DNA of 64,000 nucleotides from Azolla caroliniana (lineage: Eukaryota > Plantae > Polypodiophyta), in assembly GCA_043228905.1 (NCBI GenBank), contig JBHGNT010000018.1, positions 8,742,001-8,806,000 on the forward strand, in the 5' to 3' direction. A program made the position numbers and the translations under genes. Shown here piece after piece: positions 1-13,075 of the stretch. Each line of letters begins with the position of its first letter. The first letter of the stretch is position 1. Under the pieces are notes generated by a model. The model saw only the letters and a list, made by a program, of their open reading frames with translations. It was not told where the DNA came from and made no database searches.

Positions 1-4
1 GTCT

Positions 5-736
5 TGACGAGAACGCAACGTTCCTTATGCGCGACGCTCGGCCACAACCGAGCTTAGAATGATACACAGAAAACGGGAAATAAAACACGACAAGAAGAAG
101 AAGAGAATACACAGGAGGTTTACGTGGAAAACCCCAAACTAGGGGAAAAACCACGGTAGCCCACAGGTTGCAAACTGTCACTATGTAGGAATATACAACA
201 GTGAGTTCACTGAGGCACCGACCTCGTGCTCACAAATCTTCGCCACAGGCGGCGGTCACAACAGAAGCAACAACCTCTTTCTTTCTCTCTCTCTCTCTCT
301 GTATAGTTACACACACTAATCTCGTGCAAAAAAGGAAAATGACAACAACAAACAAAAAGTTTGCCCTAAGTCATATTTATACTAATATGACTTTACGGCT
401 ATTTACAAATATAGCCTCGATGGGCTCTCAGAAACATATTTATGAATATGTCTCTTCCTTCGGTTCTCACCGGGTCTGCACCATCTGGCTCTCCGTAGCC
501 GGGTACTCCTTATCCGGTTCTCACCGGGCCTGCACCATCCGGCTCTCCGTAGCCGGGTACTCCTCATCCGGTTCACACCGGGTCTGCACCATCCGGCTCT
601 CCGTAGCTGGGTACTCCTCATCCGGTTCACACCGGGTCTGCACCATCCGGCTCTCCGTAGCCGGGTACTCCTCATCCGGTTTGTTCATCGGCACTGTTCT
701 TCTCCCTTCCCATCCGGAGGGACCTGTCTCCCAACA
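5..736 (-). repeat. 3' LTR of copia family A copy 1, containing 4 x 54-bp tandem repeat (460-675)
   Basis: Starts TGAC and ends AACA; homologous to the LTRs at 17841-18596 and 22681-23522. Confidence 0.9.
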
Positions 737-746
737 AACTCCCCCT

Positions 747-2637
747 TCACTCTGGCATGGGGTGTCTTACCAGTCCGATCCTCTTCCGGCATGCGTCCAG
801 CTTGTCGGGTGTCAGCACTTTGGTCAGCATATCTGACCCGTTCTCGGCCGTGTGGATCTTCGTCAGTGCGAACTCCTGGTCATCTACTCTTTCTCGGATT
901 CAGTGATACCTCCGCTGGATATGCTTCGTCCGGGAATGGTAGGCCGCATTCTTAGCAAGGTGGATGGCACTTTGACTGTCGCAATAGAGTCGGTATTCCT
1001 CTTGCCGGATACCGAGCTCTCCGATGAAGTCCTTCATCCATAAAATTTCCCTGCCGGCTTCCACAGCTGCCATGTACTCCGCCTCCGTGGTTGACAATGC
1101 AACCGTCTTCTGCAACCTCGACTGCCACGAAACAGCTCCCCCTGCATATGTCATGACATACCCGGATGTAGACCGGCTGGTATCCACATCAGCCGACATG
1201 TCCGAATCGGTGAAACCGTCCAGTTGAGGTTTTCCGGAGCCGAATCGGAGACACATATTTGAAGTGCCCTTCAAATACCGGAGTATCCATTTGACCGCGT
1301 TCCAGTGCTCCTTGCCAGGATTACTCATGAACCGGCTCACCACTCTGACTCCGTATCCTATATCCGGTCGAGTACAAACCATTGCGTACATCAAGCTCCC
1401 GACGACAGAGGCATATGGAATCTTCATCATATCCGCCTTCTCTGCTTTTGTCTTAGGGCTTTGCTTGCCGGATAGCCTGCAGTTTGCTGGAAGTGTCGAT
1501 CCGACCGGTTTCGCTTCTGACATGTTGAACCGGTGAAGCACCTTTGTCACATACTTCTCCTGTGACAGCCATAATTGCTTCGCTGACCGGTTCCGGATGA
1601 TGTGCATCCCCAACATCTGTCTTGCCAGACCCAAGTCTTTCATTGAGAAGGTCTGGTTGAGAGCCTTCTTCAACATCCGTATTTTGACTTGGTCTCGTCC
1701 GACGATCAACATGTCATCCACGTACAGAAGGAGTATCAGGAAGTCGCCTCCTTCAAACTTCTTCACAAACACGCAGTGATCGGCCTGCGTCTTGTGGTAC
1801 CCTTGATCGGTCATGAAGGAGTCAAACTTCCGGTACCATTGTCGGGGAGCCTGCTTCAGTCCGTACAGGCTCTTCTTCAACCGGCATACCAGGTGCTCCT
1901 TCCCTTTCTCCACGAATCCTTCTGGTTGCTGCATGTAGATCTCCTCTTCGAGGTCGCCGTGAAGGAATGCCATCTTCACGTCCAGCTGCTCTACCTCGAG
2001 GTCCATGCTTGCTGCTATACTCAGCACCGTCCGGATGGAGGTCATCTTTACTACCGGGGCAAATATCTCGTCGAAGTCCACGCCCTTCTTCTGCTGGAAC
2101 CCCTTCACCACGATCCTGGCTTTGTATCTTGGGGGGTTGCCGGCATCTCCCGGTTTCAACTTGTACACCCACTTGTTTCGGAGTGCCCGCTTTCCTTTCG
2201 GGAATCCATCTCATCCTGCATGGCACTTAACCATTTTCGGCTGTGGGTGTCTTCCTTCGCTTCTTCGAAGCTTTCTGGCTCCCCCTCATCGGTCAGCAGA
2301 ACATGCTCTGCATCCGGAAATCTCCGGGGCGCCCTTCTCTCTCTGAGAGGATATCTACGTCTTCGGGCTTCGGTAACCGGCTCGTCCATCTGCTCTTCAT
2401 CCGAATCCGATTCGGGGTCTAGGCCGGTTCTGGTTTCAGCTTCCACTACTTCTTCTTCAGCCTGTTCGGTATCCTCACCGTAACCGGCTGGTCCCTCGAG
2501 TGCTAACCGGTCTCTTGCCGGTTGGGTCTGCTCATCGTAGAGTCGATCCTTACCAGTCGACTCAGAGTTCATTATCTTCTTCTTCGACTCCCAGTCGGCG
2601 AGCGTCTTGTCCTCCATGAAGATAATATCTCGACTCC
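747..2637 (-). pseudogene. Copia pol fragment (RT-RNase H) with frameshifts
   Basis: ORF 900..2168 is RT/RNase H. Relative to copy 2 there is a ~37-bp deletion near 2200 and a frameshift near 900. Confidence 0.88.
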
Positions 2638-5600
2638 AAGTTGTTTTCGGTTTTCTGAAGTTTGGTGGCCGGAAGGCCCATGTATGTGAAGCCTGCCAAC
2701 TCGGGAAGCAACACTGGCTTCCATTCCCCACCGAACGAAATCGTAGTCGTAACAAGCTCGACCTTATTCATTCGGATGTATGGGGACTAACAGAGAACGT
2801 GAGTCTTGGCGGGAGTCGATACTTCGTCTCCTTCATCGACGACTATAGCCGGCACACATGGATCTACCTCATTGAGCGGAAGAGCGAAGTCTTCGACTGT
2901 TTCCGGAACCTCCAAAGCATGGTGGAACGGAAATTGGAGAGGAAGATCAAGTGCCTGTGGTCAGATGGCGGAAAAGAATATTTTTCTGGCCAATTCAACA
3001 GTTATCTGCAGCAAACAGGAATTCGGAGAGAGTTCAACTGCAGATACACACCGGAGCAAAACAGTGTGGCCGAAAGGATGAACCGGTCACTTGTCGACGC
3101 GGCAAGGGCAATGTTGGAAGAGAAGAACATGCCCCATTTCTACTGGGCGGAGGCGGTCCGGACGACCGTCTACATCCAAAACCGGATCGGTGACAAGGTG
3201 TCCGCGCATGAGCTGTATTTCGGGTGCAAGCCGAATTTGAGACACCTTCGGATTTTCGGCAGCATAACATATGTGCATGTGTCGGATGAGAAGCGGAGGA
3301 AGCTGGATGCAAAATCGGGAAAGTGCATCCTCGTCGATTACTCACATGAGCAAAAGGGGTATAAGTGTTATAACCCCCGGACGAAGCAAGTTTGAGTTAG
3401 CCGCGATGTTGAGTTTGATGAGACGACATCATGGTATGCCTTACCAGCTCCGACTTCTGACCCTGACCCGATACCGGAGGATGAGGCTAGTGAGCCTGAA
3501 CCGGTCCAGATAGAAGATGATGAATCCGGGACTCAAGAAGAGAGTCCGGAATCGTTTCGGTTGAGTGGGCCGAACGAGAGACTGGGTCAATCCGACCAGT
3601 CAGAAGAGGAACCAGCGAGTAGTGAAGACTCTACCGTGCTCTCCCCGCGTAGGGAACCGAGGAGATGGTTCACACGCAAAGAGAAAGGGAAGAAGAAGAT
3701 GCCGGATTATGAAACCAGTAATGATGAGTCAGATCAGAGCGGATTCGACTCCGGAAAGGAAAATGACGGCTCTTCGGCACCGAAGACCGAACCAGCCAAG
3801 AAGGGCCTCAAACCGGGTAACGGTGGGTTACGCCGGTCAACCCACCAGAAGGAACCTGTTAAGCGGTATGGATACAATGAGTACATGGCGCATCACTATG
3901 CGTACATGACCAAGGTGGCGGAAGTGCGTGAGCCGGAGAGCTACGTAGAAGCGGCAAAGGACGCACATTGGCGTGCCACTATGGAAGAAGAGATGCAGGC
4001 ACTTGATGCCAACAAGACATGGGACCTAGTTGACCCTCCCCGTCACTATAAACTGATCGGATGCAAGTGGGTGTACAAGGTAAAGTACAACGCTGATGGT
4101 TCAGTTAACCGGTACAAGGCCTGGTTAGTGGCGAAGGGATACGCGCAGACCCACAGAATTGACTACGACGAGACCTTCGCTCTGGTAGTGAAGATGACGA
4201 CGGTTCGTGTGGTGTTGGCGGTTGCTGCGGCAAGGGAGTGGCATCTTCACCAGATGGATGTGAAGAATGCATTTCTTCAAGGCGATCTAGAAGAAGAGGT
4301 CTTTATGACCCAACCTCCCGGTTTCCAGACAGAGATGAACAAGTCGGCGGTATGCCGACTGAAGAAGTCACTTTATGGCTTGAAGCAAGCCCCCCGAGCT
4401 TGGAATGCGAAGATCACGCACCGGTTGCGTAAGATGGGGTTTGTGGCCTCCAAATCCGACTCTTCACTGTTCATCCGGCAAGGTCCGGACGGTCCGGTTT
4501 GCATCTTGCTATATGTTGATGATCTAGTCATCACCGGACCCGGACTCGATGAAATCAGCGAGTCAAGTCCTAGCTGTTGGCCACATTTGAAATGAAGGAC
4601 CTGGGGGACCTTCACTATTTCCTTGGGATCGAGGTGATCCGAACCCCCGATGGCATATTGCTCTCACAAAGACACTATGTGTTGAATATGTTGTACAAGT
4701 TCGGATTGACAGAATGCCAACCTGTCTCTACACCCTTGGATCGGAAATAGAAGCTATGTCCCAACTCCGGACCGGCCTGCGATGAGAAACAGTTCCGACA
4801 AATTGTCGGAAGCCTTATATTTTTGACCATCACCCAACCTGACATCAGCTATCCGGTCGGTGTGATTAGCCAATTCATGCAGAAGCTGACCGTAGAGCAT
4901 CTTCAGTGCGCGAACCAAATACTGTGATATGTGAGCAACACGAAGGACCGGGGACTGTTATACCGGCATGGTATAACCGAAGAGCTAGTCAGCTACACTA
5001 ATGCCGACTGGGCCGGCGATGCATCGGATCGCCAATCCACCTCTGGATATATGTTTTCCCTTGGTAGTGCGGTTGTTGCGTGGAGCAGCAAAAAGCAGCC
5101 AACAGTGGCTTTATTGAGCACTGAGGCTGAGTATCGGGGCACTATCGTTGCCACTTGTGAAGCCATTTGGCTTTGGCATTTGTTGCAGGACCTGCGGATC
5201 GTGGTGCCAACCCCGATCCTGATCTACTGTGACAACATCAACAACATGTAGCTCGCCAAGAACCCCGTATTCCATGCTCGCACAAAGCACATAGAAGTGC
5301 ACTACCACTTCGTGCGTGAGCATGTCCTGAGCGGTGAAGTCAAACTTCGGTATGTTCATACGGATCGGCAAGTTGCTGACATCTTCACCAAACCGCTCGG
5401 ATCGGACAAGTTGCAACACTTCATCGAAATGCTTGGTGTTCAGCATCTCGACGTGCCACACTTGAGGGGGAGAACGGGCAAAGACACCGGAACGGGCAAA
5501 GGCAAAGAGACTGCTGATTGCGCCGGTGAGGGAAGAACCGATAAAGGGAGAGACAAGAAGAAGAAAGGAGCCGAGTCAACCAAGGAAGTCGAGGTGCGCA

Positions 5601-6180
5601 GGAATAGAAGGGTCGTGGCAAACGTGACCGGACTGGACGAGGAGCGCGAGCAAGGCGGAGTGACGCCATAAGGAGCCGGGTGGATGGACTGACTGCCATG
5701 GAGACTGACACTACGATCCGACCTCAAGTTGAGCTCGAGGGGGAGTGTTGAGCGGCAAGCTCAACCGGATCCCGGTCGGCTGAATAAGCCTGAGACGGAT
5801 CGGCATCCAGAAGGATGAGCCGGATCGGTGAGCCGGATTGGTGAGCCGGTGAGTAAGTAAGTCGGTGAGCTGGGGAGCCGATTAGCTGCATCAAGCAGTA
5901 ACTGGAGGCCAAGTAACAACTAGTCTACTAGGGAGTTAATATCTCGTAGTTAGTGTCAGACGCTCGTGTGAGCATTGAAGTACATTGTACTTTTGTCAGT
6001 CCGTATGACTTGTATAAAAGTGTTCACTGAACATAGACTGTGTACAGACAGAGTAGTATTTTTGAATTGAGTTTCTGTGTGCTCTCTCTCTTTGTCTCTC
6101 CCACGTACTGTTAAGCTCTCCATTAAACCTATTCTCGGTTTTCTGTTTTCTATTGCTTCCACACGCTATTTGTTTCTACA
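2638..6180 (+). mobile_element. Ty1/copia element, family B, 5'-truncated (integrase-RT-RNase H pseudogene; 3' LTR 5746-6180)
   Basis: CEACQLGKQH, HSDVWG, YFVSFIDD, MDVKNAFL, LYVDDL, VHTDRQVADIFTK with several stops/frameshifts. PPT GAGGGGGAG precedes TGTTGAG at 5746; LTR ends TACA at 6180. Confidence 0.9.
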
Positions 6181-6845
6181 ACCATTTTGAACCACAATTG
6201 CTCAACATAGCCCGCATCATGAAACAAAACTCATTTTTTGCAGAGTATGCATAGGAAGATACTAGGTGCAAAGAGCCATCTAGATTGTGGTGAAAGTAGG
6301 ATTGACACAAGGTATTTTTGTATATGATTTTATTGATTATTCTTATCTACATTTTCTATTTATTCCATGTTTATTTTTCCTTTATTCAACAATGCATAGA
6401 TTCCTTCTATTCTTCTATAGGCATGGATCATCTCTTTTCTATTTTCTACAAGAATATGATAATGAAGACATTTTGTATTAAGGGGTTTCAGAAGTAAGAG
6501 AACATGAAAGATGATGATATCACCATCAATGAAGATCATTGCTACCATGTCATTGCCAAGGGCAGAGAATTTTGTGTTAGATAGTGCACATCAAGATGGT
6601 GAACGAAACCCTCATAAAGATGATAATACAAGCGGTGAACATAACAACCACATTTATATATATTCTAGCCCGCAGGCTAATATTTTGATGAATTTAATAG
6701 ATTGTTTCAAAGGTAATTTTGATATATCCTTTGTTATCCTTGTATTTACTTGGTTATGTGGCAATGTTCATGGTATTTACATTTTACATCATGCTTAGAA
6801 TGTTGATGTAAAACTTTTTTGTCGGCTGCAGAGGAGTCTCAACCC

Positions 6846-7284
6846 TCGCGCTCTGATACCATGTAAAAGAATACGTGTGTGGAAGCGTATGCGAAAGATA
6901 CATAGTACATGGTTCAGAAGTACGACAGTTCGGTAAAACGCAAAAATCACAGAGAAGGAGAAGGAGAGACAAAGAAAGTAGAAAAGAAACTATATTAAAA
7001 AATAATTCTCTGTATGTTCTTTGTGTACATACTTCGTGCTCAGTGAGCACCTTTTATACAAGCCCTGACTATTGGGTTCACACAAGTACTTACAGTACTT
7101 GACTGCTCATAAATGAGCATCCTACACTTACTCCCAAAATTATTCCTTATGAGGAATAACATTCTAATGGCCTCTTGGTTTACACACCGCTACGACCATA
7201 TTGTGCGCACGGTTTTACGCACCCAGTCTATGCACTAGGTTACGCACCCGTTTACACACCCAATGTTGAGCTTGTCTGTCAACA
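6846..7284 (-). mobile_element. 5' LTR (6862-7284) and tRNA-iMet PBS of a copia element inserted into the RT of the neighbouring copia
   Basis: On - strand the LTR reads TGTTGACAGACAAGCTCAAC...TTTTACA, followed immediately by TGGTATCAGAGCG. Its start resembles the LTRs at 5746 and 8452. Confidence 0.8.
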
Positions 7285-8770
7285 AAAAGGCTCTCTATGG
7301 ACTGAAACAAGCATCGAGACCATGGCACAGAAAACTTTCAAAATCTCTGAAAAAAATTGCTTTCAAAATGTCAAAAGCTGATCCATCATTGTATGTAAAG
7401 ATTGTGAATGATTGCATTGTTGTGATTTTGATTTATGTTGATGATTTAATCATTGGAGGTGATTTATGGATGAAATAAACAAGTTGAAGAAAAATATGGA
7501 AATGCAATTTCACATGAAGGATTTGGGAGAGCTGAAATACTTTCTTGGTATTGAGATGATCAGATCTAAAAGTGGAATATATATGCTGCAAAAACAGTAT
7601 GTTACAACCGTGCTGAAGAAATATGGAATGCTTGGATGCAAACCTATTGATGTACCGCTGGATAAGAACTGCAAATTGAGGGCTAATTTGGGAGCAAAAA
7701 TAACAGATGTGAATATGTACAAGTCTATGGTGGACAACCTCATATACTTGACTATAACAAGACCTGATTTGAGTTATGCAGTTGGATTAGTCAGCCAGTT
7801 TATGCAGCAACCAACAAAGCCACATTTGGATTGCATTAGAAGAATTTTAAGGTATGTAAAAACTACTCAAAACTATGGACTGTTTTATAGGGCTGATCTG
7901 GACATAAAGTTGGAAGGATATACAAATGTTGATTGGGCTGGAAGCCAAACTGATAGAAGATCCACAAGTGGATATATGTTTACATTGGGAAGTGCAACTA
8001 TTTCATGGAGTAACAAGAAACAAGCTATTGTTGCATTGTCAAGTACTAAAGCAGAATATAGAGGAGCTGCAATAGCTACATGTGAAGAAGTATGGATTAG
8101 AGGATTGCTTGCTGATTTGGGAGAGTATATAGATGGCGCAGTCACAATCTGGTGTGACAATATGAGTAGTATTCAGCTCACAAAAAACCCAGTGTTCCAT
8201 GCAAGAACAAAGCACATTGAAATGAATTATCACTTTGTTAGAGAAAAAGTGATTGATGGAGAAGTAGATTTGTTGTATGTGAGTACAAATCGGCAAGTGG
8301 CTGATATTCTTATGAAGGGATTGAGCATAGAAAAACATATAGTTTAGGGACATGACGGGAGTTATAAGCATTGATATGATAGCTGGAAAGCATGATGGAA
8401 AAGAAGACTGAAGATGATCTCAAGAGTGGATAAGTTGAGCTTGAGGGGGAGTGTTAAGAAACAAGCTCAACAAAAGCAATGTGCTGCTTATTGGTAGCTG
8501 AGATCTTCCGTACTAGCTATTAGGAAATTAGCTACTATTAGACATATAGGTAAAACAACTATTTACCTACTCACAACTATTTAGCAATTCACAGCTAATT
8601 AGCTGAGTATGTAAGTCACTAATATACTTAGGTAATTTAAGAGTAAGAGAGAAAAAGAAAAGTAAGACAACAGACGAGAGAGGGTTCTCTATGTAATGAA
8701 ACTAAATGTTTTTGGGTTGCTATAGAGGTGAGTCTCCTTCCCCCCTTTCTCTCTCCCTTGAACACTAAAT
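7285..8770 (+). mobile_element. Copia RT-RNase H fragment with PPT and partial 3' LTR (from 8452)
   Basis: KALYGLKQA, LIYVDDL, ORF 7466..8347 (DRRSTSGY, HARTKHIE); GAGGGGGAG then TGTTAAG at 8452. The LTR right end is uncertain. Confidence 0.85.
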
Positions 8771-8779
8771 GATCCTGCA

Positions 8780-9353
8780 CATCACGTATCCGTTGTTGCA
8801 CTAAGAAGAGTCATAGCGCCTTCTTAACACGAAGAATGTCGTATACCACTCAAGGACCAAGCACATCTAGAGGAGATACGATCACTGGCTCTAGGAGAAG
8901 GTAGAAGAAAAGGAGTTTGCTCTAGTGAAGATTCACACAATGGAAAACGGTTTGGACATGCTGACGAAGGTGTTGTCGACAGGGAAGCCAAATGTGTGCC
9001 AGCAAAGGGTTGGACTGATGAAGTACCCCATACCAGACTAAAGGGGGGGTTTGTTAGGTAATAGGTCCCTCCAGATGGGAAGAACACAAGTTAGATGGGA
9101 TGGAGAACTAGCTGAATCAATCGGAATCCGATCGATTGAAGAACCAGATGATAGCTCGCTTGTTCGAATCGAAATTCGGATATTGCATAAGAAGCCGAAT
9201 CCATTGAATTGTACTGAGCTATATTTGTAAATAGCCTAGATGTGCCCATTAGGGCTATAATTGTAAATAGCCCTAAAGTTGCATTAGTATAAATACAACT
9301 AGGGCAAATCATTATTATGATGAATGTATACTTAGTGTTGGTTGTTGCCTCTG

Positions 9354-9401
<48 letters not shown>

Positions 9402-9670
9402 CTATAACCGTTAGTCTGACGAAGAAGAACTCAAAGTTGTTGCCTTGTAGTTTCTTGTTGTATACCTTACTCATATAGTGATTTCTTGGAGTTCGTGGAC
9501 TCCCGTGGTTTTTTCTGTTTCCAGGTTTTCCACGTAAAATACTTGTGTCTCTATACTTCTTTTGTTTTCTTGATTATTTCTGTCATTTCAATCTTTGCAC
9601 CTGCATACGTATTAACCGGTTGTAGCTGGTTGAATCCTTATCACAAGCATGTCCATTATTCCTTGCAACA
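8780..9670 (+). mobile_element. 3' end of a family-A-related copia (decayed RNase H tail, PPT, LTR 9052-9670)
   Basis: Decayed YH.RTKHI/KIHT.ENG.DMLTK coding, then AAGGGGGGGT, then TGTTAGG..AGGTCCCTCCAGATGGGAAG...CAACA. The LTR start is shared with family A and with 39635. Confidence 0.8.
9359..9398 (+). repeat. (GA)20 microsatellite within LTR
   Basis: Direct reading of the sequence. Confidence 0.95.
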
Positions 9671-9715
9671 CAATATTTCGAATATTTTCTTAGAGATCGG
9701 CTTTCAATGCAAAAA

Positions 9716-9779
9716 TGGAGATGTGGGGTATCAATCCCTATACCTTTCGCATGCTAAGCGAGCAATCTACCATTTGAGC
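9716..9779 (-). pseudogene. tRNA-Ala(AGC) pseudogene, 5' acceptor strand lost
   Basis: Reverse complement GCTCAAATGGTAGATTGCTCGCTTAGCATGCGAAAGG...CATCTCCA. Confidence 0.8.
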
Positions 9780-10212
9780 ACTAAACATAACACATAACGA
9801 TATGTATGAATCTAAGTGAAAAGTTATACAAATCCTTGTTTTCAAATTTAATCCCTTGAGGTCAAATTTAAATTAATACCTTTGCAATGATGCATAGTAG
9901 AGAAGAAGGCAACGACCCTATACTTCCCGCACACCAAGCAAACATCCTAGCCTTTGAGAATCTAGCAACATTGTTTGTGATACATTGGCACTCTATTTGT
10001 GAAATGAAATCCCTTGTAAAATCTTGAAGTTAATTCCTTTATTTCAAGTGTTTCCTGATACGTTTGTACAAATATGAAATGAGGACAAGGGTATCGATCC
10101 CATTTTAACCAAGACCCTTCCTAGTTCGTCTCCATTCGAAGTGGATTGACATTCACGAAAATAAGACACTTAGACCTTGCCCTTCAATTCTTTGATTCAT
10201 AATGATACAAAA

Positions 10213-10277
10213 TGGAGAAGCAGGGTATCGATCCTCGTACCTCTAAGAGAGCACTCTACCATGTGAGCTACATCCCC
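10213..10277 (-). pseudogene. tRNA-Ala pseudogene (UGC-slot type) with 8-nt anticodon-arm deletion
   Basis: GGGGATGTAGCTCACATGG...CTTCTCCA, 65 nt instead of 73. Confidence 0.8.
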
Positions 10278-10842
10278 ATCATGTTTAGATTTCTTCTCAT
10301 TCTACCAAACAAGCTTTAATTTTGAACATAATCACTAGCCTATAATAATCCTTGTTTTTAAATTCTAGAGTTAATCTCTTGAGCTCAAGTTCTAATCAGT
10401 ACATTCGCAATGATACAAAATGGAGAAATTGGGTACCAACCTTGTACTTCACACACACCAAGCAAGCATTGTTCAATTTCTTGTAAATGCCCATTAGGTT
10501 TAAAGAAAACGATTTCTAATAATTGTCACAAACAATGCTATGATTGATCATTAAACTATGAGGATTCTTATTTGTGAAATGAATTTGATTATGACATAAT
10601 GAAGGTATATCCTGTAGTTCAAGTTTTGATTGATACATTTTAACTAATACAGAATGATTGAGTGGTGTATCAACCCCCTAGCCTTTGCATCATAACGTAT
10701 ACCTCTTGTTGTTAAGCATGAGGTCCACAATTTAAGTTGTGTTCCCACCCATTTGAGCTACATGTCGAGTGGATTTACACAAATGGAACTAAGATACTTA
10801 AGAGATTGGCTTTCAATTCTTAAATTTATAATGATACAAAAA

Positions 10843-10915
10843 TGGAGATGTAGGGTATCGATCCCCATTCCTCTCGCATGCTAAGCAAGCGCTCTACCTT
10901 TTGAGCTACATCCCC
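10843..10915 (-). tRNA. tRNA-Ala(AGC); best-preserved copy, possibly functional
   Basis: GGGGATGTAGCTCAAAAGGTAGAGCGCTTGCTTAGCATGCGAGAGGAATGGGGATCGATACCCTACATCTCCA; all stems pair (with G-U), G3:U70 present, followed by a T5 terminator. Confidence 0.7.
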
Positions 10916-12426
10916 AAAACATTTAAGAGGTCAACAATTTGATTTGAGCCGTTATTAGCTAGGTTTTGTGGCTTGAAATCGTGGCTTAAATGATTTAATT
11001 GGTGTAAATTGTAATGGTTTAGGGTTGACCCTTGAATATTTTCTTGAACCTTTTAACTTTGAAGGCTAATTCTTAGTTTAGAGAACCTTTGGAAAATTGA
11101 ATCAAACCATGAAACTACCATTTAACAGCTTAACAATTTGAGAATCTCTAGAATCATTTGTTTTGAGCTTGGATTTTTTGTAACGGTTCACTTTGAACAG
11201 TTTCAATTTAAACAAGTTCGAGGTTGCATAGGTTCAATTTGGTTTGAGTTTCAATTTTTTTAAATGGTTTGAGGTTGAGACTTCCAAACCAAACCAAACC
11301 ACTATTGATTGTTAATAGCCCACTAGTGTTTGGGTACTAAATCAAATCAAGTCTTTGGAACATCTTACAACTTGTTTCACTACTATGAAGAAACAACATA
11401 TCAATATAGATGGATATCTAGTTCTTTACAAGCATCTCAATTACCTTTAAAATTGTGCATCTTATTTATGATATTTTCCTTGATATGTATTATCAATGCA
11501 ATCATCGTCACCAATAAATGAGAAACAAAATCCAAGATAGAGTTACACTACCCTTCTAATATTATATACACAAGGCAACCCATATTGAAAGCACACAACA
11601 TACTTCATTCTGAGTTTTGAAGATAAAAATATGAATATTGTTGTAAAGTATTGGTTCTACCTATTGTAAATATATACATAACATGAATGTATGTATGTAT
11701 AGACAGATGTGTAGCTTGAGATAACTACATTTTGGACACACATACATAATTTATATGGCTAATTTTAAAATTCTAAGAGGTTTAGGGAGCAAAATTACTA
11801 AAGTTGTTAACTCATTTAACTGTTGTTAATGATAATCATTCACCAATATAGTTGGGAAGTTATTAAGCCATTCTGAGACTGAAATATGCAAAATATCATT
11901 AGCAAAATATATATGTTTTTAAAACCCTTTTTTCTCTTTCTTTCATTTTTTGGGAAAGAGATGCCCAAAAGCAAAAGCTTACAAAAATACTTCATTATGT
12001 CTATGTCATAGACCATCTTAGATTAAAGATTTTAGATGATTACACTGTTTTCTAAACATTACCTCTTCAAGCACCAGCATATAAACTGTGAAAGAATAGG
12101 ATTTAACGAAAAGAAAATAAAGAAATTCATATATCGCCCCAAACTTACATTGGGTGGCACACTGCATTTCCTAAACTCTGATGATGCACTCCAAGAACAA
12201 GCCATATATATATGTTGTTCACATCACAAACAAACTTAAAGAGCGAGTGAGAGTGAGAGAGAGAGAGTGATTTAGTACCCGATGATAAGTCTTTTTTTCT
12301 CCACTTCTTATCCAAGTTTCCACTCATAAGTCTCTCCTTCTGGCTATATGTGATGGTCTGAGAATTTTTTTTCGTTGAGCTTTTCTGTAAGTTTTTCCCA
12401 TTCTCATCCTAGATTCATGATCATCA

Positions 12427-12852
12427 TCATAGTGACCAAGTCACTCTCTTCAAGAAAAGCCTATCTTTACCATGGGGTTGTGGAACCTGGATCACTTTCA
12501 CTGTGAGCTCCTGTCCAATCTTGAAAAGCTTATTCAGAAGATCTTCTCCACCCATGCAACCTAGTTGAGAGGCTGGAAGGAGACCTTGCCGACCATTTGG
12601 CAAATCAACAATAACCCCTATAGATGTTATGTCCGAGACAATACCATCAACAGTGTCAGGGTCTCCTTTCTTATAGCAATCATCAGGATTGAGTTCAAAC
12701 GTTCTCAATTCCTCATCCATCTCTTTTTGCCTTTGTAACAACATGGCTTGCCTTCTATATGCTTTCATGCGCATTTTTGCCTCCAAATTGTATGGCCGCC
12801 TCCTCATGGAAGAACTAACCTGACTGTAGAGAGGCATAGCTGTGTACTCCTC
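12427..12852 (-). CDS. Last coding exon of S1-domain RNA-binding protein (S1/OB fold)
   Basis: Acceptor ...aacatcAG|GAG GAG TAC ACA GCT ATG is in phase with the upstream exon. GD-TVDGIVSDITSIGVIVDL-NGRQGLLPASQL...FKIGQELTVKVIQV fits the S1 pattern. Confidence 0.85.
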   Translation of the reverse strand, partial: EEYTAMPLYSQVSSSMRRRPYNLEAKMRMKAYRRQAMLLQRQKEMDEELRTFELNPDDCYKKGDPDTVDGIVSDITSIGVIVDLPNGRQGLLPASQLGCMGGEDLLNKLFKIGQELTVKVIQVPQPHGKDRLFLKRVTWSL

Positions 12853-12889
12853 CTGATGTTAAGGAAACAAAAAGGGAAATATTAATATC

Positions 12890-13075
12890 ACACATTCTCC
12901 AACTTACATAATTAACCTATAAAAAAGATCAATCATGTATGTTCTCTACTAATTCCATAACTTAACAAACATGATTAATCATGTATATTCTCTCCTAATT
13001 ATGTAGTACCTTAACAAACACAACTAATCATGTATGTTCTCTTCTAATTACATAATTGCCCAAACAAACGTGATT
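12890..13075. repeat. Degenerate ~47-49-bp tandem repeat (3-4 copies) in S1 gene intron
   Basis: Recurring AATCATGTATGTTCTCT..TAATT...AACAAAC. Confidence 0.65.

Larger units (their letters stand above)
5..2637 (-). mobile_element. Ty1/copia LTR retrotransposon, family A, copy 1 (5'-truncated: 3' LTR, RNase H, RT, end of integrase region)
   Basis: LTR TG..CA at 5-736, with a PPT (AGGGGGAGTT on -) next to it. RT motifs QLDVK, SLYGLKQAPR, LLYVDDML. Closely similar to the full copy at 17841-23522; similarity stops at 2637. Confidence 0.93.
9671..10920 (-). repeat. One inverted, diverged unit of the tRNA-Ala higher-order repeat
   Basis: Same monomer order and spacer homology as the 15.9-44.8 kb array, on the opposite strand. 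Confidence 0.85.

Noticed and set aside
201-836. ORFs with 18-aa repeats (also 18263..18766, 22867..23529)
   Set aside because: Translations of the stop-free 54-bp LTR tandem repeat; no sign of real coding.
10920-11330. MITE/Helitron-like AT-rich stretch with AAACC/GGTTT motifs ending CACTAGT
   Set aside because: No convincing TIRs or TSD, and the hairpin is weak; cannot be classified.
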